Shown one piece after another: positions 22,901 through 33,569 of a stretch of DNA of 64,000 nucleotides. The position numbers were made by a program, and so were the translations under genes. Each line of letters opens with the position of its first letter. The first letter of the stretch is position 1. The notes under the pieces are model-generated. The model saw only the letters and a list, made by a program, of their open reading frames with translations, was not told where the DNA came from and searched no databases. This stretch comes from Octopus sinensis (Eukaryota), in NCBI RefSeq assembly GCF_006345805.1, contig NW_021831849.1:1-64000 (forward strand), read 5' to 3'.

Positions 22901-23549
22901 AGACTCATTCAGTTCAGTCGATATTGTCAACTCAAAATGTAGAAATTAGAGTTGACACGTCAATTATAACAGAAAATAAAGTCAACTTCAATAAACCGGA
23001 TATCTTTGTTTATGACAAGATTAAAAAGGAAATAACCTTAATCGAGGTGGGCATAACATCTCAGGACCGCTTAAAACAAGTGGAAGTTGAGAAACTTCAC
23101 AAATATGATTTCCTTGCAAATGAACTATCACTACTCTACGAATGCCAAGTTAAAATTATTCCCGTGGTTCTGACCTGGGATGGTGTTGTCACAAGATGCT
23201 TCAAAAATTATATGGATAAACTATATATTGAAAAATCTACAATGACATACATCCAATCGGTTGTGCTCAAAAGGACGCTAGAGAGCATGATAATTGAACA
23301 CAAGCATGGAATGAAAATAACTGGCGAGGAATATGCCTCTGCGACCGATCAACTAGTAGAAATGGCATGCCGCCAGGACACTCCATTCAAAGATAAAAGA
23401 CGCACAACAACTGACGCAGAGATAGAGAATGAAGAGGAACAAGCAGCAGACTCTTCTCCTAAAAGGAGAAGAGAGACTACCAATCAGGATTGAAAATCCT
23501 AATTAAATATCTTAACCTTAATTAAATTTTGGTTTAATAAATTATTAAT
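19938..23549 (+). mobile_element. R4/NeSL-like REL non-LTR retrotransposon, apparently intact
   Basis: Single long ORF; candidate 13-bp TSD TTAAGATTTAATA at 19925-19937 and 23550-23562 (AT-rich, so moderately supported). Confidence 0.85.
19951..23493 (+). CDS. Reverse transcriptase / CCHC / restriction-like endonuclease polyprotein, 1180 aa
   Basis: RPITCMPTLYK, WVDVKKAFDSV, GILQGDSLSPLLF, LFFIDDLK, CNHC...HLATQC, KPDI...LIEVGI; no stops. First ATG is at 19963. Confidence 0.95.
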   Translation: MVLCMSVFINNKKTNPMGLSAESNNKNSIVDAGVLSLGLDNGTRTNINNNPTVGSRAAPTNFHSMSAIIKDVKCVSETEWVSQVFYAIKERFGRMPRGGWDLILKKFNEKYLKCSSLYQLKKMVKPLNGNQNVGKRGDCSEGKSNMNIEISNFKNCLEELKVQLERIKSIPRESRKPTPKIQKNRVKTNILSGLNSAIYRITEDNPPQNMDQITDILYAAQCAYLALTIRPKTKSTWLENTENKISKLAAEIKLVNSFSRQALPQSEKKNVMDILCRYGYKKSKKGELMRIEALMNDLIRIKEKQISIYNSRKEFRKDNACFELNRRRFYRNLSSNNEVTLYGFDDDDCLLFWENVWRKKNMDHVSYNCVDVRSTGGEAMEPQFTNELVKDMLKYAPDWKACGCDGTYNFFIKKMKSLHEFLCNEVIRIIKGEYMPESWFYTGLTYLIPKKDDCENPKDLRPITCMPTLYKLVTKCVNVKLSDFVDGLGLISDNQLGTRKQCQGAKEQALINQCLNKEYGNSLYSAWVDVKKAFDSVDHQFLFHILDSSGIPLWIINFVKSIVKKWKVNLHLDGRKIGSVKLTRGILQGDSLSPLLFVMVMDPLSRILNSKFPKLQINQEDLNMLTYSTNHLFFIDDLKIFALKEDSVIKMMEAVKEFFDIVGLEMNSEKSASNVKSLSCCETLEGINGYRYLGVFEDGGSNVLKNKVMNSIMENVKKRITMLSKTKLNSVNLFYAINEYALSLYNYYIGLINIEPYEFDDIDKQIRRLLMTLKLHLQPANKERLYLDRKTFGRGLASISFKSELILMQFLKSLEKQSAVCLRRSGILRVIKTKKWHLATIAGFLTSKYAIADTESIDINSLKDIQKKYLLNKIKSKSLHSVMFKCLDESNVDLSTSSEWLAKGNNGSRSEALYCLLQDRNLFFANTRPLCNHCKKSKQTVDHLATQCGKMLNSDYLRRHDEVVKCVHLHICRMYGIKKNRKLKTHSVQSILSTQNVEIRVDTSIITENKVNFNKPDIFVYDKIKKEITLIEVGITSQDRLKQVEVEKLHKYDFLANELSLLYECQVKIIPVVLTWDGVVTRCFKNYMDKLYIEKSTMTYIQSVVLKRTLESMIIEHKHGMKITGEEYASATDQLVEMACRQDTPFKDKRRTTTDAEIENEEEQAADSSPKRRRETTNQD

Positions 23550-23733
23550 TTAAGATTTAATAATTGTTATCTTACATAAAAACAATTCTAAATGTATCTA
23601 CTACAGATTTAATTCAAGAATAAGGCGTAAGACGTTTAAGCTCTAAGGCTCCAAAATTTTCATATAACGTTACACAGAAATTGAAAAAAACTTTTTTTAT
23701 GGATTATAACTAAAATTTTAATTATTTTTGATC

Positions 23734-23961
23734 TTTTTTTTTTTTTTTTTTTTATATGTAATTAACAAATAGTTATTAACTAACTAAATTCCCGGCATCG
23801 TAAATGGAAACACAGTTTCCACGTACTATGGCCAAGGAAATCCTTTCGAAAAGCCACTTGGACTCGCGTGGGTCTCCCCGTTTATGGGAGATCATGCGGC
23901 CAAGCTTTTTTAGAAAGGAAAGAGACTTTTCGCCGATGACGCCGGAAAGAGACTTTTCGCC
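23734..23961 (-). mobile_element. 5'-truncated CRE-like insertion with poly(A) tail and TSD
   Basis: SGVIGEKSLSFLKKLG...WLFERISLAIVRGNC; A20 tail at 23734-23753; TSD TTTTTGATC at 23725-23733 and 23962-23970. Confidence 0.85.
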
Positions 23962-24557
23962 TTTTTGATCTTTATTTATTTTTTTGATTCGTTTCATGTG
24001 GGTTTTTTTCATTGTTCCGTCGGACATTCGTAATTCGACAATATTGTTTGACAATATACTGGAAATTTGTACAATATCTCCAAAGTCTCACCTTTTGAGA
24101 TCAATCAGATCTATCTGAAATCTCTCATTTGGTTGTGAGGCTATAATGTGGTTTTCAGGATCAACTATTTTTAGTGGTGTCGCAAATCGACATCACATTC
24201 CGATACTACTTTCCTGATGATTTCGCGTTTAACAAAAAAATATCTCTGATTACAAAACTCTTCCAACGTGTTATGTCCGCAATGAGTCATTTGATGAATT
24301 TGCGTAGCCACTAATTGCATCTCCTCATGATTGTCTGCAGGAATGACTATTTTATGGTTTCCACGTGAGTCTTTAAGATATAGCCGCCCGGTAATGAAAA
24401 TAAAATTCTTGGACTTTCGAGTTAATCTGTATTTTTTTTGTTTAGATATTCCAATGATCCCTTGCTCTTCCAATATTTTAACTATATGATCATATTCTTG
24501 TACAGTTTTGACAAAACAGCGAGGCATCAAGAAAACTTTATAGAATACGCATGGCAA
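23962..24557 (-). pseudogene. Ginger/Gypsy-type integrase remnant (HHCC zinc domain, start of the catalytic core, C-terminal tail)
   Basis: LYLK...KIVIP...HQMTHCG...REIIRKVVSEC, frameshift, PNERFQIDLIDLK, deletion, then GDIVQISSILSNNIVEL...HMKRIKK. Confidence 0.8.
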
Positions 24558-24737
24558 ATTATCTATTTAAAAATTATCAAATGCTGCGCCTTTTAAAAAT
24601 ATTGAAATTATATATTTATTAATTTTAAATATAATAACTAAAAAAATTTAGGTTTAATTTTTATACAAAATTCTTTAAATGTTAAATTTGAGCATTCAGT
24701 AACCCGTAGCGCTCGGTAACCGGTAGCGCCTGTGACA

Positions 24738-24935
24738 AAATATGAGGATTTACTCGATCGATTTTGCTTTTGGGCAATTGCCGTCGAAACTTCCTGTGTT
24801 TTTGGGACCAAGACGCTTGCTCATCTCAAGAAACTTGGCCGCATTTGCACCTACCGCTCCAGAAATCCGAGGGAATTTATATTCCTTATTCAGAGGATCT
24901 CGCTGGCTGTTTTACGCGGGAATTGTCTTTCAATC
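24738..24935 (+). mobile_element. CRE-like REL domain, right half
   Basis: KYEDLLDRFCFWAIAVETSCVFGTKT...IQRISLAVLRGNCLSI. Confidence 0.85.
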
Positions 24936-25539
24936 CCCGAGCCAGTTCATAATAGCTATATTTTTTTTGACGATTTCTCTTATTCATTAAATAATCTTTT
25001 TTATAACATCAGCCGCTCAATATAATTTTTGTCTAAATCCAAAAGACCCCCATTAACTGGCTTACCCGTCTTTAATAAATAAATAAAAAAAGACCCCATT
25101 ACAATTGTCTTATTTGAAGGAACGTGTAGGAACCTTCCCGACTGGTATGTAAATGATGATGTTTACTCCCATAGTCCTCAAATCACTCCCGAGATTCTCG
25201 AATAAATTCAAAACATACCAGACCATAATTTAATTTCCACTTTAACCAGGATTGTCCAAAAGTCATCATTAACTTGATCAAAAACTGCACAATAAGTCTC
25301 AGTCGACCATGTTTATAGAATTGACTAGTCAGAAGGATAAATTACTTCGCTAAACTCAGCTGTCTTTTCTAGATTTGTATCAAGCGGCTCTGAAAATATT
25401 CACACTAACAGAATCCTAAAAGACTACCCGGTTATCCATTGCAAGCATCTGGAAAGTAAACGTGTCTGGCAAAAATAATGAGGTTAATCTAATCAACTGT
25501 GTGACTGAGTAGGAAATAAAGACTATTAATAAACAAATG

Positions 25540-26353
25540 TTAATCTTCTTCCTGGACAGTACGTCTGCAGACAGGACAGCCCGAGCGCTGGAATGAGTAA
25601 GTAATGGGAACCAGTTGCAGCCAGTTTGTGATACAAGGCACATGGAAAACGTGAGAACAAGTGAGATTGGCGACATTCTCGTCAAGCACAAACAGGTCAA
25701 GACAGATTGGACATCGAGCCTGATCGACTAGAATGTAAAGACAGAGAATCGTACCAATGTCGGCCTCGATAATTGTAACTTTGTTCAATCGGTCAATGAC
25801 GTGTTGAGGACATGGACGATCGCCATCTTCCAAATCAGCAAACAGTCGTTCAGCAATGTCGAGCCAATTCCCCTCACGCATTAGGAGGACAGACTCGGAG
25901 CCGAAAGTAGAAGACATGATAAGGGTGGGAAGGATGTGTTCTACCATTCTATAATCAGTCAGACACACACTCACCCTCGCATTGTGTTCTGTTCGTCCTG
26001 ACTATATAGGTGAAAGGAGAATCGGTACAACACTCTGGCCCTCTCCAGTCTACACACTTCTTGACAATCACTTACTCATCCTCCCCCACAGACATCGAGT
26101 CTTGACTATTCTAACACTCCTCCAACAAACATACCATTTCCGTTGTCTCCGAATTATAGTACTCGTTCACTCCACCACTGCCCCTTAACATTACCACAAC
26201 TTGTACATTCCACTCTGCACTTCCACGAACCCCCCCATGCACGTAGGGCACACGTAGTCCTGTCCTATCAGTCACAACACACACCTGCGATGTTATGTTC
26301 ACGTTTCCATTGCAAATATAGCAGTAAGCCCAAACTCCACTTTGTTCGCTCAT
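25540..26353 (-). CDS. RNF126: RNF126/RNF115-like E3 ubiquitin ligase (N-terminal zinc ribbon plus RING-H2), multiple ~23-27 nt introns
   Basis: YCYICNGNVNITSQ|intron 26260-26284|DYVCPTCMGGFVE; C-terminal CPICLDLF...LTCSHVFHVPCITNWLQL|intron|RSGCPVCR. Confidence 0.85.
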
Positions 26354-26399
26354 CACAACAAAATAAACATTCTCATCATCTATTTTTTCTAATTTAAAT

Positions 26400-27800
26400 T
26401 ATTTTCAAAAAACAAAATTCCGTCCCTTTGGAAGAAATCACGTATCTTTACATTAATCAAACCAAACGAACTGGGTGCCATTCCAACTTCCTACTGCCTA
26501 ATTTCTCTTTTATGCACGCTAGCCAAAATTTTCGATAGACTAATTTTTTACGAGTATCCAATCACTTACTAAATCCCACAGCCAAAATGGTTTCAAACCA
26601 CTTTTAACAACTACCCACTTAACAACGGTTTCGCAATTCGTCCTGGAAAAGAGACCCCCAAAACAAACAGTCCTAGCTTCCATCAACATCTCTAAGGCCA
26701 TCTAGCTCAGCGTCCTTTGATGTGGACTCATCGACAAAATTCTGAAGAGCGATTTAAACTCGAAATACAAATCCTAGCTTATAGATCATTGTTCTAAACA
26801 ACGTTATCTTTAAAATAGGGTACCTGCAAGGTTCTGTGCTATCTCCGTCTCTGTTCAATCTATATTTTCATGACTTTCCGGTCAACGACCCAAACAAATT
26901 GGCACTGTCTTATGCAGACGACATTATTATCGCCCCAAAACACGAAGACTAAAAAGCCGCCTCCTTCAACATTCAGCAACAACTGTACTCCGCTAAGAAT
27001 TGGCTCACCGAAAACAGTCTAGAGACTTTGCTCTCAAAGTCCTCGGTCACATTATTATCTTTTGAGACAGTCAAGCATACATCCCAAGTTATCTCTCACC
27101 TCCCGCTAATAAAACACATAACTGTCTTCGAACTTACTTTTGACCCAACTATGTCCTTCAACAAACATGTCTCGAGCATTTCGGACAAGGCAAACCGGCG
27201 CACAAACATTCTAAAACAAGCACTCTCCAAACGAGTCTACAAACAATAAATCAGCTCCACACTAAGTTACGCGAGTCCAAGCCGGGCTCCCTGCTTACCT
27301 AAAAGCTCCACAGTGGAACTTCAATCAGTACAAAACAAGGTTATGCGTATTATATCCGGATACTTAAATCAGGACCCATCGGCCATCTCCACTGTGAAAT
27401 TAATCTTCTCCTGACAGAAGAGCATCTAAATATGAGAGGAAGACAATTCCTATTTGATTTGAGAAAATTATACCACCCTTGCACTGGTCTAAATGTGCTA
27501 AATGACAATGGTCGTTTACTGAAGAATAGGCCTACAAAACAATACTCTGGGATCTTTTCTAAAATCAATGTCCCGAACTAATGTCCACATCCAATGAAAA
27601 GAATTCACGATTACATTTTAACGTCGAAAATTCTAAGGTTGACTCCTAACCTCGTTTTTAATAAGCTTCCACCAATGTTCACCCTTCAGGAATGCTCTTG
27701 CTTGTTCCGGTCAGATTAATTTTAATCGTTTCTGCGCTGGTCATCATTATTTATTATGTCGCGAACCCAATGCAAGCTCGATCGCTAGACGCTTCCAATC
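26400..27800 (+). mobile_element. Heavily degenerate I/Jockey/CR1-group LINE RT remnant
   Basis: QGSVLSPSLFNLYFHDFP...SYADDIII at ~26830-26930; downstream FDPTMSFNKHV; many stops. Confidence 0.65.
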
Positions 27801-27864
27801 AATGTCAGATTGTCGATCGCTAGACGATTCGAAGTACTAACAGCCACGGGCGATCATTCTCTCA

Positions 27865-28075
27865 AGGGCTCTCAAGGGTTTTTTTATAGTGAGTGATTGA
27901 ATATATGCGTGCGTTCTCTCACTGATGTTAAGCAAATATGCATATTGTAGAAATTTTTAAAGTAACCAGCCCATCCCATGTTAATACAATAAGTACTATT
28001 TTTACTCTTGCACGATAGATTAATTCCAACTCTTTAAATAAGAGGTAATATTTTCTCATTTTTTCGATTTCACTT
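27865..28075 (-). mobile_element. R4/NeSL-like REL 3' fragment, related to the piece at 100-300
   Basis: The reverse complement shares long stretches with 100-300 (e.g. GTATTAACATGGGATGGGCTGGTTA, TCAATCACTCACTATAAA). Confidence 0.75.
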
Positions 28076-28366
28076 AAAATTTCTATTATATTAAGAATTT
28101 TGTTATATTTAACTATTATCTGTCAAAATCAACTTCTTAACTCTTTTTCAACATTGTTAGTCTTTTTAAATGTATTCTTGTTACCGATCCATCTCTACTT
28201 TTTACATTGACAAAAATTTCTAACATTTCTGGAAAAATAGTAACTGGATTTCCATATTGTCGTTCTAACTTTGTTAATCTAAGAGAATGATTCGTCCCAT
28301 AATTTTTTTAAATGCGAGGCTTTTTAGTAATCAAAATATAATATAAAATCCCCAAAATCCAAAAGT

Positions 28367-30575
28367 TTAATTTAGATTAGTCGCCGATTGGATGGACAAA
28401 CAATTCCCGCATAATATCGCGAGCGATATCTGTTGAAAATACCAGCTCGTTTCACGACTGTCGTGACTCCTTTTCGAGACAATTAAATCAATCTCTAGAA
28501 GGAATTTAAGAGCTTTTGTGCTAATTACTCCACTGGTTTCGAAACCCAGGAGGACAAAGCAACAAGTGTCGACCAAGGAAGCATACTTTACGATTTTCTT
28601 GGTTTCAGCAAGAGGAGTAAATCCAGGCCGATAAGCAGAGTTTATAAGCGATAATGAAGAGAACAAGTCGACACTGGTTGCATCCTATATGAGGGCAAGT
28701 CCAAATCTTAAACATTAATAATGTAAACCCGATAGAACGTTTTCTTCCCAACGGCCCAGTGTTTCTTAACGTGGTCCCCAGGAATATGTTTAGGTCAATT
28801 AATTTTTATGACTAAAAAATTATTTCCGATGGTAAAAAATAAGATTGGTGACAATGAATTTGAAAAATGGTTTCCTTTTTTGATTATTGATAATCTCGAA
28901 AATCTTGAAAATAAAATTTGAGATTATTTCCTAGTTACTGAACCAATTGCGACTTGGATAATACACCCTTTTATTACGGAAATCAATAAATTAATTTATG
29001 ACGACCATGAAATTGATTTCCAAGAACAGTTGATTGAATTACGAAATTCGCAGTTTCGCAAGTTGACATTCAATTCGCATTCGATTATGGAATTCTAGAT
29101 TTTTGTTATTAATGAATATCCAATCTTAAGTAAAAATGCACTGGAAGTGATAATTCCCTTTTCAACCACTTATTTATGTGAAATGACAATATCTTGTTAT
29201 TCTGAAAAGTAAAGTTCTTAACCGACTTAAGGTGGAAGACGATATGAGAATGGCACTTACCAACATTGTACCAAAAATTGAACAGCTAGTTTCTAAAAAA
29301 GAGGATCAAAAATCACACTAACTCTAAATACTATGATTTTTTAATTTTTTGAGCTTTTTATTAAATTGTTTTGTTACTGGTGGTGTCCAAAAAATTCAAC
29401 AGACTAAAGTGGTCCCCGGTCAAAAAAGGTAAAGAAACACTGGTCTAGTTCAACTGGTTCCAGTACTGAAGGAAATCCGCGCTTTACGACATCATTTAGT
29501 GAAGCGTACCTGGGAGTCATGCCGGCACTAAAACGACAGGAGAAAGGGTGTAATCCCCTCCTGTCGACGAGTTTGTCATATTTGCAACAATGTGGCTGCC
29601 AAATCTCAATTCCAAGGCGTATACAGATGCCGAAACAGACTGATTCGTTGTTCAGGAACATACCGGCTGTCGAAATCAACAAAGCTTCAAGCCAATCGGC
29701 CGAATGTGGTTGACAAGGGCAGTTAATACTTGTCAGGTGAGACTAGTCGGCGTGTAAGCAAATATTTTCAAGTATGTGTGAGCAATAAGTAATATCCTAG
29801 TTCCTTTGAACTGAAGAAATTTCCGGGTTTTTGGGCCTACGAGAAGCCCATTTGTTGACATCTGCATCATATTTCGACAACTCACACTGTTCAGAAATGG
29901 GAAAGAGAACAGAGTTGACGAAATTATTGGAAGTGGACAGTGATGATAGGTAACATGGAATGGATAAATCACCGAAATGCCCTCGCAACAAATAGATAAA
30001 TTGACAGGCAGTATGTCTCATGTTTGAATTTGATATTCACGAGCAACAGAGGGCTTTGGAAATCAGATTATTAAGGTGTTCTTGTTCACGAAAGCAGGGC
30101 GATGACCGCATAAAAAAGTAAGTTTTTGGATAAAAAGATAGTTTTTTAGTAGAAAAAGCTCCAGATGAGATTTGAGTTTGCAGATACGTGAGATAAAGAT
30201 TTCCATCTCATCTTTCTTGTCACAGAGAGCTTTCCTAATGCCCTTGCCACTGATTGGCGAACAGAGGATAACAAGGTTGTCAAAGATGGTGATCCTCAAT
30301 TGCTCAACATGGTGAGATAAAGTTAAAAATGAAGATTCGAATTCAGATAAATTTGTGGACAGGCAGATCAGGCAACCCTAATAGAAGCAAACGCAGAAAT
30401 AATTTTTGTGACATCATGTTATACGTCCTCAATAAGTCCTCCATGAGTAACGTCGTCAAGATACCAAAGATTTACTGGTGGTAATCAATGCAATAAATGG
30501 ACATGCAGAGACATGTCGAGGACGTCTCTCGTTGAACGAGAATTGGACTCTTAGTATTAACATATATGCGGAATA
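28367..30575 (-). mobile_element. Degenerate CRE-like element interrupted by a hAT
   Basis: LLKNYLFIQKL; FGICIRLG...HCCKYDKLVDRRGLHPFSCRFSAG; LGFETSGVI...QISLAILCGNC. Confidence 0.8.
28757..29442 (+). mobile_element. hAT (Buster-like) deletion derivative
   Basis: TIRs CAGTGTTTCTT at both ends; internal QEQLIEL...EYPILSKNALEVIIPFSTTYLCE. No TSD match found. Confidence 0.75.
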
Positions 30576-30581
30576 AATGTA

Positions 30582-31100
30582 CAGTCAAACCCATTTAAAC
30601 CGATTTCTCTCCGGACCAACAGAATTGTCCGGTATAAAGAGAAGGCCGGAATATTGAACAAGTCATTAAATTTACTTATAACCAAAAAGTAAAACAGTGA
30701 TATTAATAGAAATCTCTCAATAGGATTTCCTCGTATTTAGCCTCGATTCAGCAATTGCTTTATTGTTCAGATAGATCAGACTGAGAGTAATGCAGGGTCT
30801 TGAGTGCAAGCAAGGTGGCAGATTTTATCTAACATTTGTTGGACATTTGTGCGTGTTAATTTCTCTATATTTTTTGGTTTTTTTTTGCTTATCAGAATCT
30901 GAGTCACTGTCATCTTCAGAAACTGAGACTGTTCAGTATTGCTCAAATAGGGATGATTCTCTATCTTCGGGATTTTCAATGGGTAGATCCAAGTCTAAGT
31001 TGACAAATTCTTTTTCTGTTATTTCCATTTGGAATCGTACAGGACATTCCCCAAATTTAACATCAAAAGGTGTCGCAAATATTTTCATTAAGGGTAATTT
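30582..31100 (-). mobile_element. pogo/Tigger-like 3' remnant
   Basis: TA|CAGTCAAACC terminus at 30582; minus-strand EFVNLDLDLPIE...SEDDSDSDSD acidic tail typical of pogo/CENP-B C-termini; other end absent. Confidence 0.5.
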
Positions 31101-31541
31101 TTCTCTAAAATTCTATATTTTTAGTATATTTGTAACCAAATCGACCCCAAAACGGCACTCAAATTGAGAAATTAAGTCGCAAATTATTGATATATATTTT
31201 CCAAAAAATGTTTTAAGTTAGATAAAGCCAGACAATAGAGGCATGGCTCATTGTGACCTCGTTTGAAATTCTATTTCGTATGAAGCTAAGCCTCTTCCAA
31301 ATTTTCCGTTTTTATCATTGCTTCCATTAAGGAACTAAAATGCAGGTAAACATTAATGCAATGTTTCAAAGAATCTATTTAAAGTACGAAAAATAGTTGG
31401 GAAATATTTAATTATATATATAATTATATTATTTTTAAACATATATATAAATTTTGTTTTTTTGAGTTTTGTGTGTTATGGATAGATGTTCCTATTTTTT
31501 GTATTATACTTTTTTTAGTCAATTCACATTCAATTTCTCGT

Positions 31542-31848
31542 ATGAGTAGTGACAATATTAACAATTACGACGATGATCAATTTCTAGACCCCAGAATTCT
31601 TAGTTATCCTAATTTTAGAATAAATTTTCAGATCGTCAAAATTCTAGCAAAATGCATCGTGCACAATATCAGTCATACACAACTCGAGAGTATTTGCACA
31701 AAACAGTTGTGCCCATCATAATACAGTCAATGATGTCACTCTGCAAACAAAGGTTTCGTATTTTCAAATTATATTCAGGCCTGAGGATCCAATTGAATTT
31801 GTCATCGATTATCTCAGGCGTAATAAACACAATATTCGGAATAATTAA
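31542..31848 (+). CDS. DPY30: Dpy-30 homolog (COMPASS subunit), 3 exons, 83 aa
   Basis: Introns 31603-31631 (29 nt) and 31753-31778 (26 nt) give TREYLHKTVVPIIIQSMMSLCKQRPEDPIEFVIDYLRRNK, the Dpy-30 motif. Confidence 0.9.
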
Positions 31849-32215
31849 TAATTCATTCTTTGTTTTAATTAGCTTTTCGCATTTTTTTCTTTAGATAAGA
31901 AACGACGTTTTGTGATAGTATATAGAGAATGCTTGTTAGAATAACCTCCACTTTACTTCATTCTGACTTAAATTGAAAGAAAAAAATCGACGCAATATGC
32001 CTTCACTAGAGTACTTGAAATGTGACAAATCAAAATATTTAGAGCTTATTCTGAAAAATGTTAATTAATATTATTTTCTTCTTATTCAACATATCGTAGT
32101 TTTCAAGTCCCTGGCAAAGAACAAATAATTTTCCCGCAATAAAAAAGGCATCAATAATATTTCATTTAAAAACCATGTTATTAGAAATTATAAAGAAAAA
32201 TGGTCCCGATTAGCT

Positions 32216-33352
32216 TCAACTATAATTATCGTAATCCTTCGTCTTCTGGAGTCCTTCTCTCAAGGAGACTATTGGTTTATAGTTCATATCTTTTTTTGCT
32301 CTCTCACACGAGTAGTAGTGATGTCTTCCAGCGAGCGAGACAATCATAGGTGTCAGAGATGGTTTAAAATCGACAATTGGCATCAACAATCTCCTCAGAA
32401 AATGCAAAAGAAAGGCAAAAAATAGCATGAGAATGAAAGGAATTTGAATAGAAGGCTTATCCTGTCCATAAAATTTCATTATGTCGGCCATGAAATCCCA
32501 AAAGAACACAGTTTCATCATTTGTAATATTATAGGCCTTTTTTCGTAAAATAAAAAAACCTTTCCAGCCAAGCGACCTTCAATTTCAAGATTTTCTAATG
32601 CAAGAATATGAGCATGACTAACGTTCTCAACGTATGTAAAGTCAACAACATTTGTACCGGATCTAAAATAACCAACCAAGAGTACCCAATCATAAATCTC
32701 TTTTTGAGAGAACTGCAATTTTTTTTGATTGATGGAAATACTTGATCTCCTGGTCCGAAAATTCCGTGGGGCCTGAGCGCAACGGTGGCAAGTTCTGGAG
32801 AATTTGCGTCCAAAACAGTCTTAAGTTTATTAACATAAAAAAACTGATTCTTGCATTATTTTAGATTTTGTATATGAATCGGGTGAATTTAGAGCGTAGG
32901 GCAATGTCTCATCGCCGTTGATGGTGTCATGTAGTGGATCAAAAACTACACTGGCTGAACTTGTCAGAATTAGTTTCTGAAGTTATTAAATTTTTAATAA
33001 AATACTTGAATTTTTGCTTCTTTACAGACATTAATAACATTCTTAGTCCCAAAATAGTTGACCTGAATAAATAGTTTTTCATCTTGACATAGTGGAGGTG
33101 GAGATGCGAGTAGAAAGACAGCTGAAACATCTTCTGTTAGGCATCTTCTTAAATCCTTATGAAAATTAATACAATTATTATTACAGATTTTACTAAAAGA
33201 CTCCCGGACATGTACTCAACGTCAACAAGCTGTTCTTTTGGACGCACAATGTCAAATACCCGCACTTTATACCCTCTGGAGGATAAAAGAGGTATCAAAT
33301 TTGTTCCCAAAAAACCACAGCCTCCTATAACAACACAAATCCCGCAGCTCAT
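32216..33352 (-). CDS. NSDHL: Sterol-4-alpha-carboxylate 3-dehydrogenase (NSDHL-like 3-beta-HSD), multi-exon
   Basis: Rossmann [21 protein letters not shown], catalytic [17 protein letters not shown] and C-terminal [19 protein letters not shown]; short GT-AG introns between ORF pieces. Confidence 0.9.
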
Positions 33353-33569
33353 GTAAATAGCACAAATAAACTAATAATTGATAAATTACTTTAAAATTAT
33401 TTAAAATGACATCTAATTTAAATTTAAGCAAAAATAGTGAAATCACTCTATAATCTCCAGTATTAATGTATACACACCAAATTGGAGTCACCTAATTAAT
33501 TACCCTAATTAACTGTTGGTGATTTTTAGGTTAAAAATAATAATAAACACCAACTTCTGTCCAAGTATC

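Larger units (their letters stand above)
19565..24737 (-). mobile_element. Ginger-like (Ginger2/TDD-type) TIR DNA transposon, internally deleted, carrying two nested retroelements
   Basis: 39-bp TIRs beginning TGTCACAGGCGCT (33/39 identical; 19565-19603 and 24699-24737); 5-bp TSD AAATA (19560-19564, 24738-24742); integrase remnant inside. Confidence 0.85.

Noticed and set aside
19565-24737. LTR retrotransposon (TG...CA ends, 5-bp TSD)
   Set aside because: Ends are 39-bp inverted repeats, not long direct repeats, and there is no gag or LTR-type RT; the RT inside is a separate non-LTR insertion.
25100-25530. Possible small spliced gene on the minus strand next to the RNF126-like gene
   Set aside because: Some GT-AG pairs of the right size, but I could not build a consistent ORF or recognise a product.
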